Source of the DNA: Zygnema circumcarinatum SAG 698-1b
Lineage: Eukaryota; Plantae; Zygnematophyceae
Reading direction: 5' to 3'
DNA: 64,000 nt
Assembly (NCBI GenBank): GCA_037447605.1
Contig: CM074820.1
Coordinates: 1,426,001-1,490,000 of the forward strand
A program made the translations under genes and the position numbers. A model generated the notes under the pieces. That model searched no databases. It worked only from the letters and a program-made list of their open reading frames with translations, and had not been told where the DNA came from. Position 1 is the stretch's first letter; each line of letters opens with the position of its first letter. Shown here one piece after another: positions 1 through 12,542 of this stretch.

Positions 1-2868
1 CCGTTACATCTTCCGCCACGAACTGCAGAACGAGAGCTACAATCTCAGCCTGCTCCCTTCTCCCAGAGCACTCCCCTCCCATCAATACATTTTCCACTTC
101 TTATTACTATTATGGTTTGGTTATTGCAGCAGAGCTTGAAGGAGATGCCTTATTTGGGGATGCAGGGCAGCATACATGGGTACAGCTGGCAGAGGCCCCT
201 GAAATTAGCTCTGGTAAGAGTTTCTGCCAGAGAGAGGAGCCTTCCTGCTTCACCACCTGCAAGGAATAGAGTTTATATTGTATGGCTTAGGAAATACTTA
301 AAGCAGAGTGATAGTATTCTGGACTGGTCGAGGAGGGAAAGAGACCAAAGGCATCAACAGCTGACAAACAAAGACCCATCTTTGTGGTCAAAGGAAAAAA
401 AAAGAGGGGGGGGAGGAGGGGGGGTTGTAGATGTGGAGTGGTTTTGTACACCAGACAGAGTAGACAGACAGATCGGTAAGAAGGAATCGAGCATAGTGGA
501 TACTTCTCTAAAGCTCAAGGAAGAAAGAACCAACTGCAGGTTTGAATGCACAAATTCATTAAACAACGTTCTGATGAATCTAATCTCCCACGAATCTATT
601 GCCGCTACTAAGTTCCAAAGTTGCCAAACCCGCTTATGTATGAAATCCTTATAAAACCTTGACAAAAAGCGGCGTCGTTTCTCCTGGAAGAAATGGGTAG
701 AAAATTCTTGACTCTACACGAGTTATTGTAGAGAAGGATCGAGGAACATAGAGTAAACATTAGCCACTTCTAACAAATAGGCTACACACAGCGAGTGAGA
801 GATAGACACACACAAAACGAATCTCCTCAACTTCGAAACAAACAACTCAAAACCTCCCTGAACATGAAGACACATGCCAAGACTCTATAGACCCCTTCAG
901 ACAGTCCTCCGATTAAAGCTACGAACAGAAAACCACTCGCATTCACCATCCAATTGCCCAACATTACTCAGAGCCTGAATGCAAAGGCTCACACTCGCTA
1001 GAAGAGCAGCTGCTTTGCTTTTCACAGCCCATTCCTCCCCCCCAGAAGCCGCCGCGCTGAGAAGGCTCATAGCGAGATCGGCAAAGGAGGTCCGCCCCTC
1101 AGAGCTGAACTCGCTCCACCGAAACTTCACAAGGTGCTGCAGGAAAGGAAGCACGCAGAAGAAGAAAAAGAAGAAGAAGAAGAAGAAGAAGGGCAGTATC
1201 AAGATGAAGGCCATAGAGCAAAAGAAGGGGGAAATTTTCCGTTCAAGGGGTTGAAGTTTTGAAGGCAAGGCAGGCAAAAGGACTGGTAGTCAAGGTTTGG
1301 TAATTCTAAGGATCGTCCGTGATTTACTCCTTTGCAGACGTACAGAAGTTCTGCAACTCCAAAGATGGTCAAGGATGGGGCACAAAGAGGACTTTCCATA
1401 TGAGAAGAAAGAATCGAAATAAGAGGATGGCATGACTGTTGCAAGGAACAACATTGTCTGAAAAAATGGTTCAAGATATGAACAACGACTAGGAAGAAAC
1501 AGGAGTAGGCGTGGTGAGAGTAAGTATGAGGAGCGTCTGAAGCAAGTGTCGATTAAAGCAATCTACGCTAATAAACAAAATGCAAAACAAAAAGTACAGT
1601 CACTCAAGGGGGAAGCACACCGAAACGAGATAAACTAAAAAATATCAATCAGGTAAAAAGAAAGAAGGTGATATTCGGAATAATTCATGGTGGATGAAAA
1701 TAGAGATGGAGAGCTTTGGATGGGATCTACGAAAGAAAAAAAATCTCATCCATGATTTAGCGAACAAGTGGTTAAAATCCAGTAGTTGGACCAGAAAAGA
1801 AATGGAGAATACGATACTAAAAAAGAAATCCACATAGAGTTTAAAGTATAGGAAAATAAGGCGTCCATGATAGGGGTTATTTAAGTGTGCCAAACGATCC
1901 GTTGGAAGGAGCAAACTGGCTGTATTGAAGTGACCTTGCTTAAAGCCCGGCTTAAGGCTGAAGTAAACTTGAGATTACTTTTTCTTTCAAAGAAATGAAG
2001 GTTGGAAAATTCCAGTATCTTGGGGCAAAAAAACAATCGATGTATGGGGAAATTTATGGTTGAGGCCTCTGAATGGAGCTTCATGCGCAGGCAACTTTTG
2101 AATGACATCATTATACAGCTCGGTAATGAGAATGGCGTCCGGAAAACAGTATGTAGTATGTTTACGTGTGCAAGTGCATTTATGCCATGTAAGCGTCTTG
2201 GAATGCAAGTGATCAGGGTCCTCTCCCTCACTCTCCCCCTTTCTCTCTCCCTTTCCTCCCTCCATCCCCTCTCTCCCTTCTCTCTCTCGCCCTCTCTCTC
2301 CCACTCTCTCTCTCTCCCTCCCTCCCCCCCCCTCTCTCTCGAACACACGCATAAACGAAGCCCACCTGCAGAACCTGAAATCCGTATGCTTTTGCCACGC
2401 TTGGCCTCTCTGCAGCCACAAGCGAATGTGCAACAGCACCGACGGTCTGCAGGGACTCGCCTTTAACCTGGGCAACAGGGATCCATAATTTCAGCGTCAT
2501 TCAAATTTCCAAAACTATGCAGCACAGGAGGCGACTTCTCTTGCCTGAAATGCGGCGTGTGGAGCGAAAATGGGAGGAACAACGAACTTTTGATCATGCC
2601 AGCTGGTACTAGAAGTAATTGAGACGGAAAAAAAAGAGATAATGCACAATTCATGGCATTTATCAGCACATCCAATCGTCTTTCAAATACAAAATAGTCA
2701 TAATTCTCCGCCCTGCTACAACATAATGTGCGTGAGAGGGCGCCACTGCACCTGCTCCAAATACTCAAGCGCCTTTCTGCGCGTATCAGGCGGCGCCTGC
2801 CAGTTGTAAGCAGCCTCCAGGGCCTCCATGACGCCTCCTGTAAGCGCGGAAACGTCACCAGCCGCCAT
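1..2868 (-). CDS. HST: HASTY / exportin-5 homolog, 5' part (runs off the window start)
   Basis: Exons 2868-2752 (MAAGDVSALTGGVMEALEAAYNWQAPPDTRRKALEYLEQ), 2467-2366 (VKGESLQTVGAVAHSLV...FQVLQ), 1136-993 (HLVKFRWSEF...EEWAVKSKAAALLAS), 255-176 (VVKQEAP..WQKLLPEL) and about 48-1 (AEIVALVLQFVAEDVT). GT-AG boundaries. Collinear with the plant HASTY N-terminus as I recall it. Exon 4 appears 1 nt short. Confidence 0.88.
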
Positions 2869-3162
2869 GGCTACGTTTCTCTCTCGCCACTCCTCTCCTC
2901 CTCTCCCTCTCTTCGCCCCTCTCACCGTGTCCCCGTCTCCTTGTTCCTGTCACTCTCCGCGGCGCTCCGTACGGGTCGTCTTCTCACTTCTTCAATCATA
3001 GCCTGGTAAAGTCACTATGTATTTCCTGATAAAGTCATGGGTTTACGTTCTGTTGAAGTCGAGTTGGGTTGTCTTTATCAAGTTGCGTTCGGTTACAGGA
3101 TTTCCATTCTCGATAAAGTCATGCTGTACTTTTTTGATCCTACGGTGGGTGGCATCGCCATT

Positions 3163-3321
3163 AGGGGGTGTCAGACTTAAAAAATTTCAGTACGCGTGTT
3201 CGTAAGTTTGACATCAGAACGAGTACTCTAATATAATCGCGATCCTCCTGCGGCGGAGTACTTTCGTAACCTTTTTTTTCGTAACGCTTTTCGTAAGATT
3301 TTGTTAAGTCTGACACCCCCT
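3163..3321. mobile_element. 159-bp MITE (family 1), TIR AGGGGGTGTCAGACTTAA, 3-bp TSD ATT
   Basis: Perfect terminal inverted repeats; ATT on both sides (3160-62, 3322-24); near-identical second copy at 12000-12158. Confidence 0.9.
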
Positions 3322-3324
3322 ATT

Positions 3325-3603
3325 AGGGGGAGTCAGACCTTGACCATCGCCCGCGGAATTGAAAGTTTCCGCCGGCGGAAAGGTATTGATTTCAATTGCA
3401 GAATTCGGGTCGGAAACCGCGGCTCCCCCCGAACCTGTCTGTCCCGTCCGTACTTCGAAATAGGTTACAAAAATGAGTTACAGGCTCGGCGCCCGAGCCT
3501 GTCGAACGTCCACTTTTGGCGAAAAAGGCCTGCCGTACAAAGCAGAATTGGCCCGACGGGCTGGCGAAATTGATTTGGCGATGGTCAAGGTCTGACTCCC
3601 CCT
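3325..3603. mobile_element. 279-bp MITE (family 2), TIR AGGGGGAGTCAGACCTTGACCATCGCC, TSD ATT
   Basis: 27-bp perfect TIRs related to family 1; ATT at 3322-24 and 3604-06. Confidence 0.88.
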
Positions 3604-4551
3604 ATTTGCTGCGAAGCCAAATTCCTGTGTGCTTCTCACTGAACAAGGGAAGCTTGCTGCGTGCACACTGGAATCTGCGAAACCCTGCGTTCGACTTTTT
3701 TTCAACTTAACGTTCAAGCAAAGTGCTTTGATGTACTTGTTTTTTGTCGTTGGATTTGAGGGGAAGCTGTTGGTGTGGTTCAAGGAGGGAGTCGATACGC
3801 GTTAATCGGACTCCGCGTAATACGTTGTAATTCAAAATTCGGAGGAACGTGCGCAACAATTCTGTTGCAGGCATTCTCTCTCAACATCTTATCATCTTTC
3901 TTTACAACAAAAGACAAAACAAAAGAACGGACTGAACGTTTCGATTTATAAAAACTGTCGACAACAGCTGAGGTTTTTCCACGATGATGTAAACAGGGAA
4001 AAGTGAGCAAATCCAGCTTAGGATGAGCAGTCTCAGAATTTCTTTGGCGTTGTCCAACGTACAGCCAACAATCACGGAGCTAAAGACTTAACCCACTTTT
4101 GCGTACTCGAACCAGTCAAGAAAGGTGCAAGAGTTCCCTCTCCTTCAAACCCAAACACGGCTGTCAATCTTGCCAACTACCAGCCGAGTGCCGACATTTG
4201 TGTGACTAAAATAAGCCACACCCTCAAGATGAAGGGAACATTCATTTAGTTCACTGCTCCCCTGAATGCACAACTTCAAGAAACTACTGTAGTTCTAAGC
4301 ATGTTTTCAAATTCTGCAAAGTTTGCACGCTGCATTGTACCCCTCAGTCCGTCTAAACACTAAATGAAAATGCTGTACATCTGTACAACTGGCAAGGTGC
4401 TGCACCTGCAAGTAAAGCCCATCTTCTCCGGCTGCCTAACTGCTGCTCTTTCTCCCTCCGCTCAGGAACAAATCTAAAGCCAGCGCTTGTAATCGATTCA
4501 GAGAGCGATCTTCCAACAGCCTCCATTTCTTCCGGACTATCTATAATGCAA

Positions 4552-5776
4552 TTAGAAAGAGTTCAACCAATCCTTTCCTGATTCCGACATCTTCGAGCCC
4601 TTCTGTTCCACCTCAAAATTTGCTCCGCAGACTTGTCCTTGGCTATCAACATGAGGAATCGGCTTCAGAGCGCTCGTTGGATGCACGTAACAAGACAACC
4701 CCTCCATTGACGAAAAGAAGCAGCCTGCCGAGCCAAAAACAATTCACAGATTCACTCGTCAGGCCATCATCATCAAGATCTAGACCCAATACAGTTTGCT
4801 CGGAAACATCGGTCTGTGTGAAGGCTTCAAAACATGTTCTACAGCACTTTTCAACGGCTTACCAGTGGGAAACGGAGCGAAGGACTTTCCACAACCCGCT
4901 TTAATGATCGCAGAATTGTCAGAAATGACCAATACGCCATCTTGACAGGTGCCCCAATACAATGGCACCTTCCCAACATGATCCTGCATCAAAAAGATTG
5001 CGTGTCAGTCTATTCCAGAAGAATTTGACATAATAAAATTTTCCAGAATCCCGTCCATATCAATAATCCGTTGAAACCAAGAAGGATGAATAGCACAGGG
5101 TAGATAACACACTCACCGCTGCAATGAAGAGCTTCTTGCACTTGTTGTCGTAAAGGACGAACGTAAACGATCCCTTCAAGTCAGAAATGACCTGGTCTGC
5201 AGTATAGGGACCCCGGTCTCTCAAAGTCTTGTAAGCTTCAATCACCAGCTGACTTTCGCAAACATTCCTCGATAACCCGTAGATCTGCCGCAACTGTGGC
5301 AGGTTCTCCAAATTGCCGGCAAAGAGGCAGAAAACGTCATCCGACGATGCAAATTGCCTGCAGAAAATAACTCAACACAGTCCCTATGTTCAGAATTTTG
5401 AAGTATAAAAAACAGAAGCATGGAACGAGCCTTCGCACAACACGCGCGAGCACACACACACACACACACATGCGCAAGGAAGCATACGATGCCGGAATTG
5501 CAGAGGTGCTTCCGTTCGCATATGACAACACAATTAGGAAAAAAAATGATCGCAGCCTTTCCAATTTTTCCTCAAACCCACGTACCTCGGGCAGACAAAA
5601 CTCTCCCGACCATGCGTGTAGCAGATGGCAGTCTGCGCATCAAACTGCATGCAAACAGCGTCCGCATTGGCATCCTTGAACGCTCCAACCATGCCCGCTC
5701 CGCTGGTGCAGCTGCTCTCTGCCGACCGAAGCTCCGACGGCCCCTCTGCAACATGCTTGGGAAAGATAGCCAACAT
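4552..5776 (-). CDS. Stem-specific TSJT1 / Wali7 / aluminium-induced family protein (DUF3700, Ntn-hydrolase-like)
   Basis: Four exons: MLAIFPKHVAEGPSELRS..., ...FCLFAGNLENLPQLRQIYGL...EAYKTLRDRGPYTADQV, DHVGKVPLYWG...GCGKSFAPFPTG, CFFSS...IPHVDSQGQVCGANF...TAA. These are the hallmark motifs of the family. Confidence 0.9.
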
Positions 5777-7082
5777 CTTGCCTCCCTCTCTCTTTCCCTT
5801 TTCCTTACTCCCTCCTCTGCCTCTCCCTCCCTCTCCTTCGCCTCCTCTCTCTCTCCCTCTCTTCTTGTAGCTTGCAGCAGCTACGCAATCTCCCCTCCCT
5901 CTCCTCCACCTCTCTCTCCCTCCCTCTCGCTCCCTACTCTCCCTCGTAGCTTCCAACACCCCTGCAACAAGACTTCTGGACCTTTCTTGGGCGAAGAGCT
6001 TGTGCAGCAAAACTGATTCCGGTAGAGACCCTCGGAGGGCCCGCCACTTTATAGGGGGGGCGCCGCCTGCCACGCTGGCGGGTTCCATCCGCGTCAGCGT
6101 GCCACCGTGGCGGACGGGGACGCGACGCTGACGCGGCTCCGGCGGCTCCTGACACGCTGCCACGTGGTGGCCGTCACCCTACGGCCTATCGGAATCTTCC
6201 ACCGACGGACCGAGCCCGTGTTCTGTGTTGCAGCGGTCGCTGTTCTGCGTAACAGCCATAGAACTCCCGTGGAAAAGGCCGTTGTGATGGGCTTGTTCAG
6301 ATTGTGTGAACAAGCACATCCACCGAATGAACTTGCACTTGTGTGAACAGCCTCGTGTTCATTCACATAGTGTGAACATATCCATCATTGCTAGTGCCGC
6401 TCTAGGAACCACGAGCACTAACCGGTTTAGGGAGGGCTCCCCAAGGGATTGGAATGCTGGATGTGCTCGTGGTTTGATGGGCCACAGGCGGTGGTGTGCC
6501 CACAGGTCTCATCCATTTTTCTAAGGAGCAAAATTGCAGTCGATGGGAACCATGCACAGCTGCCGCACCGCGACTGCGACTGCGACAGCGCAACACGGCA
6601 CCGCACACAACAATGACTTCATGTAATTCCGTTATCCGACAACAATGTACGACATATCATGCACGACCACGGGAATTCCTATCCGTTCTCTGGGAACAAA
6701 AAACTGCAGAAATCCTACAAATAAACATTTTCATACCTGCCTGATTATTCTTTTGCAAGGCTTTCCCTCCTTTAAGCAAACTCTCCGCCCACCCTCTCGC
6801 TCTCCCACAAATGTATGGGAAACCGTTCATGCGTTGGACTGCAAAGCCCAAATGCTTATCTGCTTACATACTTCTGCACATGCATCTCTGTCTACCTGCT
6901 AAAAGCGAGATGCGCCTCCTAAGGTGAAAATTCTGACGGAAAAATTAACCATTCTGGCCTTCCCTTTGACACAAAAGCCCGGCTTGCTCTATTAAGATCC
7001 GGCACCTTCGCATCTTAAGTTCTACGGTCACACATTCAGATATCCAAATAACAGTCCCTCTTAAAACCTCTCAAAGGCAGAG

Positions 7083-10000
7083 CTAAAAGCAGACAGCCAT
7101 CGTGCAATTCCCTCCCTTCCCTTCCTGCCCCTCACAGGCCAGGTCGTCCAGCCATGCGTCAATGTCGTCTTCCTTTTTCTCCCCCTTCTCAAAGCGATGA
7201 TACGCTTTCTCCGCCCTCTGAATGCACACCACCCCTGCCGAGTAGTCGTCTTTGAGGAGGTCCTCGACGAGCAGATCGTCGCGGCGTCTCCTCTCCTCCT
7301 CCCCCTCCTCCCCCTCCTTCTCCCCCTCCCACCCCCTCTCCCGTGCGAGCTGCTCCGCCCTCCTCGCGGCGAGGCGGTGGCGGTGCACGGCGACGCTCCA
7401 CGAGGACACGCCGGTCCCCAGGAACACCGCCGACTGGATGCACATCTCCTGCTCCAAGATGGAGACCATGTGGTTGCCCAACTGTGACCCACCACCCACC
7501 CACCTTGCTGCAGATCAGATTAGGACAGGGAAGCAACCAACTCAGCTTCACGGCTAGCAACAACACAACGAAGAACCCATCACGCAGACTCGTCTCGCCT
7601 GCCGCAACAGACAATTGAAGAAGGAGAATGGCTAGAAAGGAAGAAAAAGGGACGTCTGTAGTTCAATTTCGAAGCAAATTGAAGAGGGATATGATGCACC
7701 CCTTACCGCCCACTGGTCTGGGCCAAGTCCCATCATTTTTCCTATCTCAATGTTGTCTGGAGTGGGTGTGTCCGCAAAGCCGGGCACATCACATCGCCAC
7801 AAACCCGCTACTTGGAAGTCCCGACTTCTCAACACTGTTACTACCTGAAATAGCCAGGTAAAATCCGGAATTCACAATGCTGCTGGACGAGTCTTACAAG
7901 TCCCCCTGTTAAAGATTTTACGATCACAGAAGCATAGGCACACAGATAATCCAAGAAAGGGCAAAGAAAAGGCTTGTAATCGTACAAGTGATCCATCATT
8001 GTGAAGATGCAACGCAGAGCATGCCCACCAATTGGCTACACACTATATGGGAATCTGTCATATCCAATTTTTCATGAGACCAAACGCATCTACACCTTTT
8101 CGCCTCCTATCAAAAACAACAGGGCACACAAATCGCAAGAAGAGCAGCTCAGCTCATTCCTTGCATCAAGGAAACAAGATTGTTCAGCTCAATCCGAACT
8201 AATCCTGCTCACTCAATGTATGCCTATTGGCTTAGCAGGCCTATCTCCACACACAAATGATGCAGCAGGTCGCTCACCTCATCAATAAATATGCATCCTC
8301 CTCGCCGCAACCAACCATCTGTTGCAAGCCAAATGGACTTCACTCCTGCTGCTTCGGCCATCTGAATTATAGCCGCTGACACATCGCGTAGCTCCACCTC
8401 TACTCCATAATGCATTGCTGCCCTGCCAGTACCCTCACACACCTCCTTCATTGAATGCTCCCATCATCGATCTCCCGAGCATGAAAGACTCACTTGCATT
8501 TGGGTCCCCTACCTCCACAATCGGATGTATTCGTCCATATAGGGTTTGTAGATGTTATCTCGGGTGAAGCAGGGTTTGCTCCCAAGTTGCAGCGAAGGAA
8601 GCAAAGGCCAGCTCCGCGTCTATGGCAGCCTGACTCCCAAAACCGCCAATGCACTGCAGAGGAGGAAACAACGACTCCAAGTTTAGCTAACTCAACACAC
8701 CTTCCAACACAAGTGTAGGTCCATCTTTAAAAGTCCAAACACGCTCAATCTCAATATGACTGAAACGCTGTTCCTCCCCTCACTCTTGAATTGAACTAAT
8801 ACGTGGGCTCTTTCCTATAAGCCAGGATTGACAGTTGTCGAACCAGCTTTGAAATGCTTCTTCACAAAGACCCTTTGCCAATGCAAGGCTAGGCAAGGCA
8901 ACGCAAGGCAAATACTTCACGAGGAGGTGATTCTCTGATTCCTCTGGGAGTCAGGTCTGTGACCTAAACTTGTGCAAGCAAAGCTTGACCATAGTAAGTA
9001 CTCAACTGTGTGCATAATCCTCTATTAAGTCTGCAAACCTTCTGCCTCCTTTTGCTCTTCCCCTTTCCCAGGAATATTCTAAGCTGTACAGCTCATGTAA
9101 AACCTTCAGTATCCTACAGAATCGTGAAACCCACCGGCAAGATAGGGCTCCAACGACCCAAATACCAAATCCCTCATGTTTTTTGCCGCTGCTATCACCA
9201 TGTCTGTGTGCTGCAGAAAGTAGCCCACAGCAAGATAGGCCCCCCGCCAACGCAAGCCGGGGAATGCGCCTCCCACCCCCATGCAGCGTTGTGGAATTGA
9301 GCCACATGATTCAGCCACATCAGAAGGATTTCCCCAATGGCGGTAAATTTCTCTATTCTCCACCTGCAAGGCCAATGATATTGGTTTTGGGAACGGCAGC
9401 TCTACGACACTAGTCACTCCAACAAGTTTAAATAGAGTGCTTCACACTGCACCTCCTCCTGATTCTTCCTGACCACAAGTTTTCGAAAGGTTTTTGTAAA
9501 GTTCGTCAATTGACCTCTTTTTCTGAGGTAATTTACCACTTAAGAGACCTGGAATCGGAGTTGTCGACCATACAAAACATCACTATCTGCTAATCAATCA
9601 GAATTCAGCACACGGAACTTCAGCATATCTGCACAGAGTAACCAGCCAAAAAAAACTGCCCTATGAAAAACAAAACGACAACATGCAGCTTTGTTGCGAC
9701 AAACCCCAAACATTCAAACCCATTATCTATTCTGCAGATAGTACCATGGTCCCTGACTCTACCTCCAGGAGTCCTAGCTTAGATCCACTGGCTGGAAACA
9801 CACCGTTGTATCCGAAACAGTTTCCCATTGAAGACTGTCATCTGAGTGCATTCCTCGCAACTTGTAGAAGATACCCAGTCTTCCTCCACAAGCATCTGCT
9901 GACATGCACTTCTCTATGGAGGCGAGTGGCACAAAGCGTGCAAGTACGCTCAAGTTGTAGCGATCTCCAACATGCATCCCCAAATCCGGGAGTACTCTAC

Positions 10001-11426
10001 TTCCTGGCACTGTCCTTGATTACAGGGAGACCAGTGTAAGTATCAGTAATGCCAGAGGAAAAGGACAGCATTTCAGATGAACGCAAACTTCAAAATGCTC
10101 CAAAAAATCAATCGGAATGATCAAACATTGCAAATCATGGAACGTAGTGATGCAACCATAGAGCTGGTAAGAAAAACCTGCTATGACTTTGCACTGACAT
10201 ACTTGCCTTGATATGCGCCACGTGGTCAACACATAGATAGCTAAAAAATGGAGCATAGAATCATAGACAGACGCGCTGATATGAGGGATCCAAATGGTGA
10301 GGTGGCAAAACCACACGGACTTCATCGATCGATGATTTTGGGGACAAAGGATTTACATTGATGATGGTGGGGTCCACCATTGAAGGATGGGAGGCATAGA
10401 GTACGGTTCAACGTTCGGGCCATCACCGCAGCTGAGATGAACTCAATGAGCTGATTGCTGGCTCCAGATCTTAACGAAAAAACTGGAATCAAATAGCGCT
10501 GATCAGCGGAACCTGTGTCCTGACCCTGATGCAAGGTTCAAACCAAAGTGATTTGATATTGTAAATAACTTGCACTAAGAAACGTTTTTAGAATCCATTA
10601 GAATCCATAACCTCTGTTAGTCCAGGGAAACAAAGTTCACACTGTGCTGGTCCTGAAACGTTTGCTGATGACAGCCGAGTACTGTTACCTTCTTGAGTCC
10701 CGGAAAAGAAAATTGGGTCTGGATCCCCAATCTTATTAGAAAACTGAAATCACTAAACTGTGATGTCTTTTTAACGAATGTTACAGAACGCTTGGCTGAT
10801 GTTCTAAGTTAACGAGCACAAACGACATAAAAAATAACTCGAAACATAAGGCTGAGTCCCTGAACTGAGATTGTCTACTAATTGTCTGAAATAAATTTGT
10901 CTACTTCGAAATACAGCGGACATTTTTCAACGAGTGGAGTTAGGAGGATTGAGGACAGGAGTGAGAATACCAGTGAATATCGCCATGGTAAACTGAAAAC
11001 TAAGTGCGTCAATTCCCAAAGGTATAATTTCGCAAAGGTAAAAGACTTGCATTAATTCTATGACAATATTATGATATTGCGACTTCCATAGCACAAACTC
11101 GGACTAAATGTTTGTGCTTGCAGCACCACACAAACATAAATGGAGACAGAAAGCACACACTGAACACAGAGGGTCTCTGCAAGTAAACATAAAAAACCGG
11201 TGGAATAATCCTGACATGTGGTGTAAGATATGGAGTCTTGCTTGCTGCCGCTTCGCATTGACAGACTTATGGTTGCGTTTGCTAGCATCGTTAGATTTCA
11301 ATTTTTTTGTCGTAGAACGGCTGCACCAACCTCAGGTTGAGCTTCCCCGTGACAAAAGAGAAGCAAAAGGCAGCAGAGCGCGAGAATTCCAGCCTCATAG
11401 CGGCCGCCAGCCGCCGAGCTCGCCAT
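7083..11426 (-). CDS. GDP-fucose protein O-fucosyltransferase-like glycosyltransferase (paralog A), with N-terminal signal/anchor
   Basis: About 8 exons. Motifs YLIPVF...GASNQLIEFISAAVMARTLNRTLCLP, VHWRFWE, IWLATD and LEQEMCIQSAVFLGTGVSSWS match the POFUT/GT-B pattern. Same exon structure as 38623-41988. Confidence 0.78.
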
Positions 11427-11561
11427 CCTCCCTCCCTCCCAACGCGCAGGACAGGCTGCGTGCTGCGTAAGGATGGACGTAAAATTATTATTATTTGTTT
11501 GAATAGGGGCTGGTTTAAAAGGAGATCTATACACCGCCCCTTTTTTTGGTTATCCCGCCCC

Positions 11562-11985
11562 TGTATGTAACGACATTTATGTAACAGAATTTATGTAACC
11601 GAATGTGTGTAACAAAATGTATGTAACGGAATGTATGTAACAGAATGTATGTGGCGGAATGTATGTAACGACATGTATGTAACAGAATGTATGTAACGGG
11701 ATGTATGGAACGAAATGTATGTAACGGAATGTATGTAACGGAATGTATGTAACAAAATGTATGTAGCAAAATGTATGTAACGGAATGTATGTAACAGAAT
11801 GTATGTGGCGGAACGTATGTAACGACATGTATGTAACAGAATGTATGTAACGGGATGTATGTAGCAGAATGTATGTGATGGGATGTAGAATGTATGTAAC
11901 GGAATGTATGTAGCAAAATGTATGTAACAATATGTATGTAACGGGTTGTATGTAACGGAATGTATGTAACGGGATGTATTGTAAG
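11562..11985. repeat. Minisatellite of about 14 bp (consensus ATGTATGTAACGGA), roughly 30 degenerate units
   Basis: Tandem TGTATGTAAC(G/A)(G/A)A units; they produce the HSVTYI/LHT low-complexity ORFs in the track. Confidence 0.93.
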
Positions 11986-11999
11986 ACAACCGTGCCAAT

Positions 12000-12158
12000 A
12001 GGGGGTGTCAGACTTAAAAAATTTCAGTACGCGTGTTCGTAAGTTTGACATCAGAACGAGTACTCCAGTATAATCGCGATCCTCCTGCGGCGGAGTACTT
12101 TCGTAACCTTTTTTTTCGTAACGCTTTTCGTAAGATTTTGTTAAGTCTGACACCCCCT
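12000..12158. mobile_element. 159-bp MITE family 1, second copy, TSD AAT
   Basis: Same TIRs as 3163-3321; I see 2 substitutions between the copies; AAT at 11997-99 and 12159-61. Confidence 0.9.
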
Positions 12159-12542
12159 AATGGTCGGCAACCGTTCCAATGATTCAGGCCGGTGTTCCAT
12201 TGGCAGTGGACGGAGTGTCGTACGGTCAAAAAACGACGCCCCGGCAGGGTTCCATGGAGCTCCGATTTCCAGTCAGAGCTCGCCACGTGGACAATTTGAG
12301 ACCTGGTACAGTACTGGAACTGCAAACCAGAACTAAAACTGAAACTATTGATCATAGAGCGTCCAGGACATCCTGCAAGGACCGGATTTGCAGAGAGACG
12401 CTGCCAGCCTCACATCCTCTCGCTCGGACTCGGCCTCGGCTTCTCTCTCCCGCTCTTATCTCCCTCGCTCGCCACATCTCCCTCTCTGCTCGTCACTGCC
12501 TCCCCTTACGCTCCTCCGCCTCTCACTGCGAGCTCGGCAGCC

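Noticed and set aside
9360-9470. TGA-AGC apparently in frame upstream of VVELPFP in paralog A, with a similar TGA-AGC...VVEFTFP in paralog B (about 39966), suggesting a second selenoprotein
   Set aside because: The offsets differ, and B has a TAA and a frame break before the next exon. The segment is best read as homologous intron sequence ahead of the CAG acceptors, and no SECIS was seen.
11527-11998. His/Tyr/Thr-rich ORFs and a possible CRISPR-like array
   Set aside because: Contiguous 14-bp tandem units with no unique spacers and no cas genes, in eukaryotic context. The ORFs are repeat artefacts.
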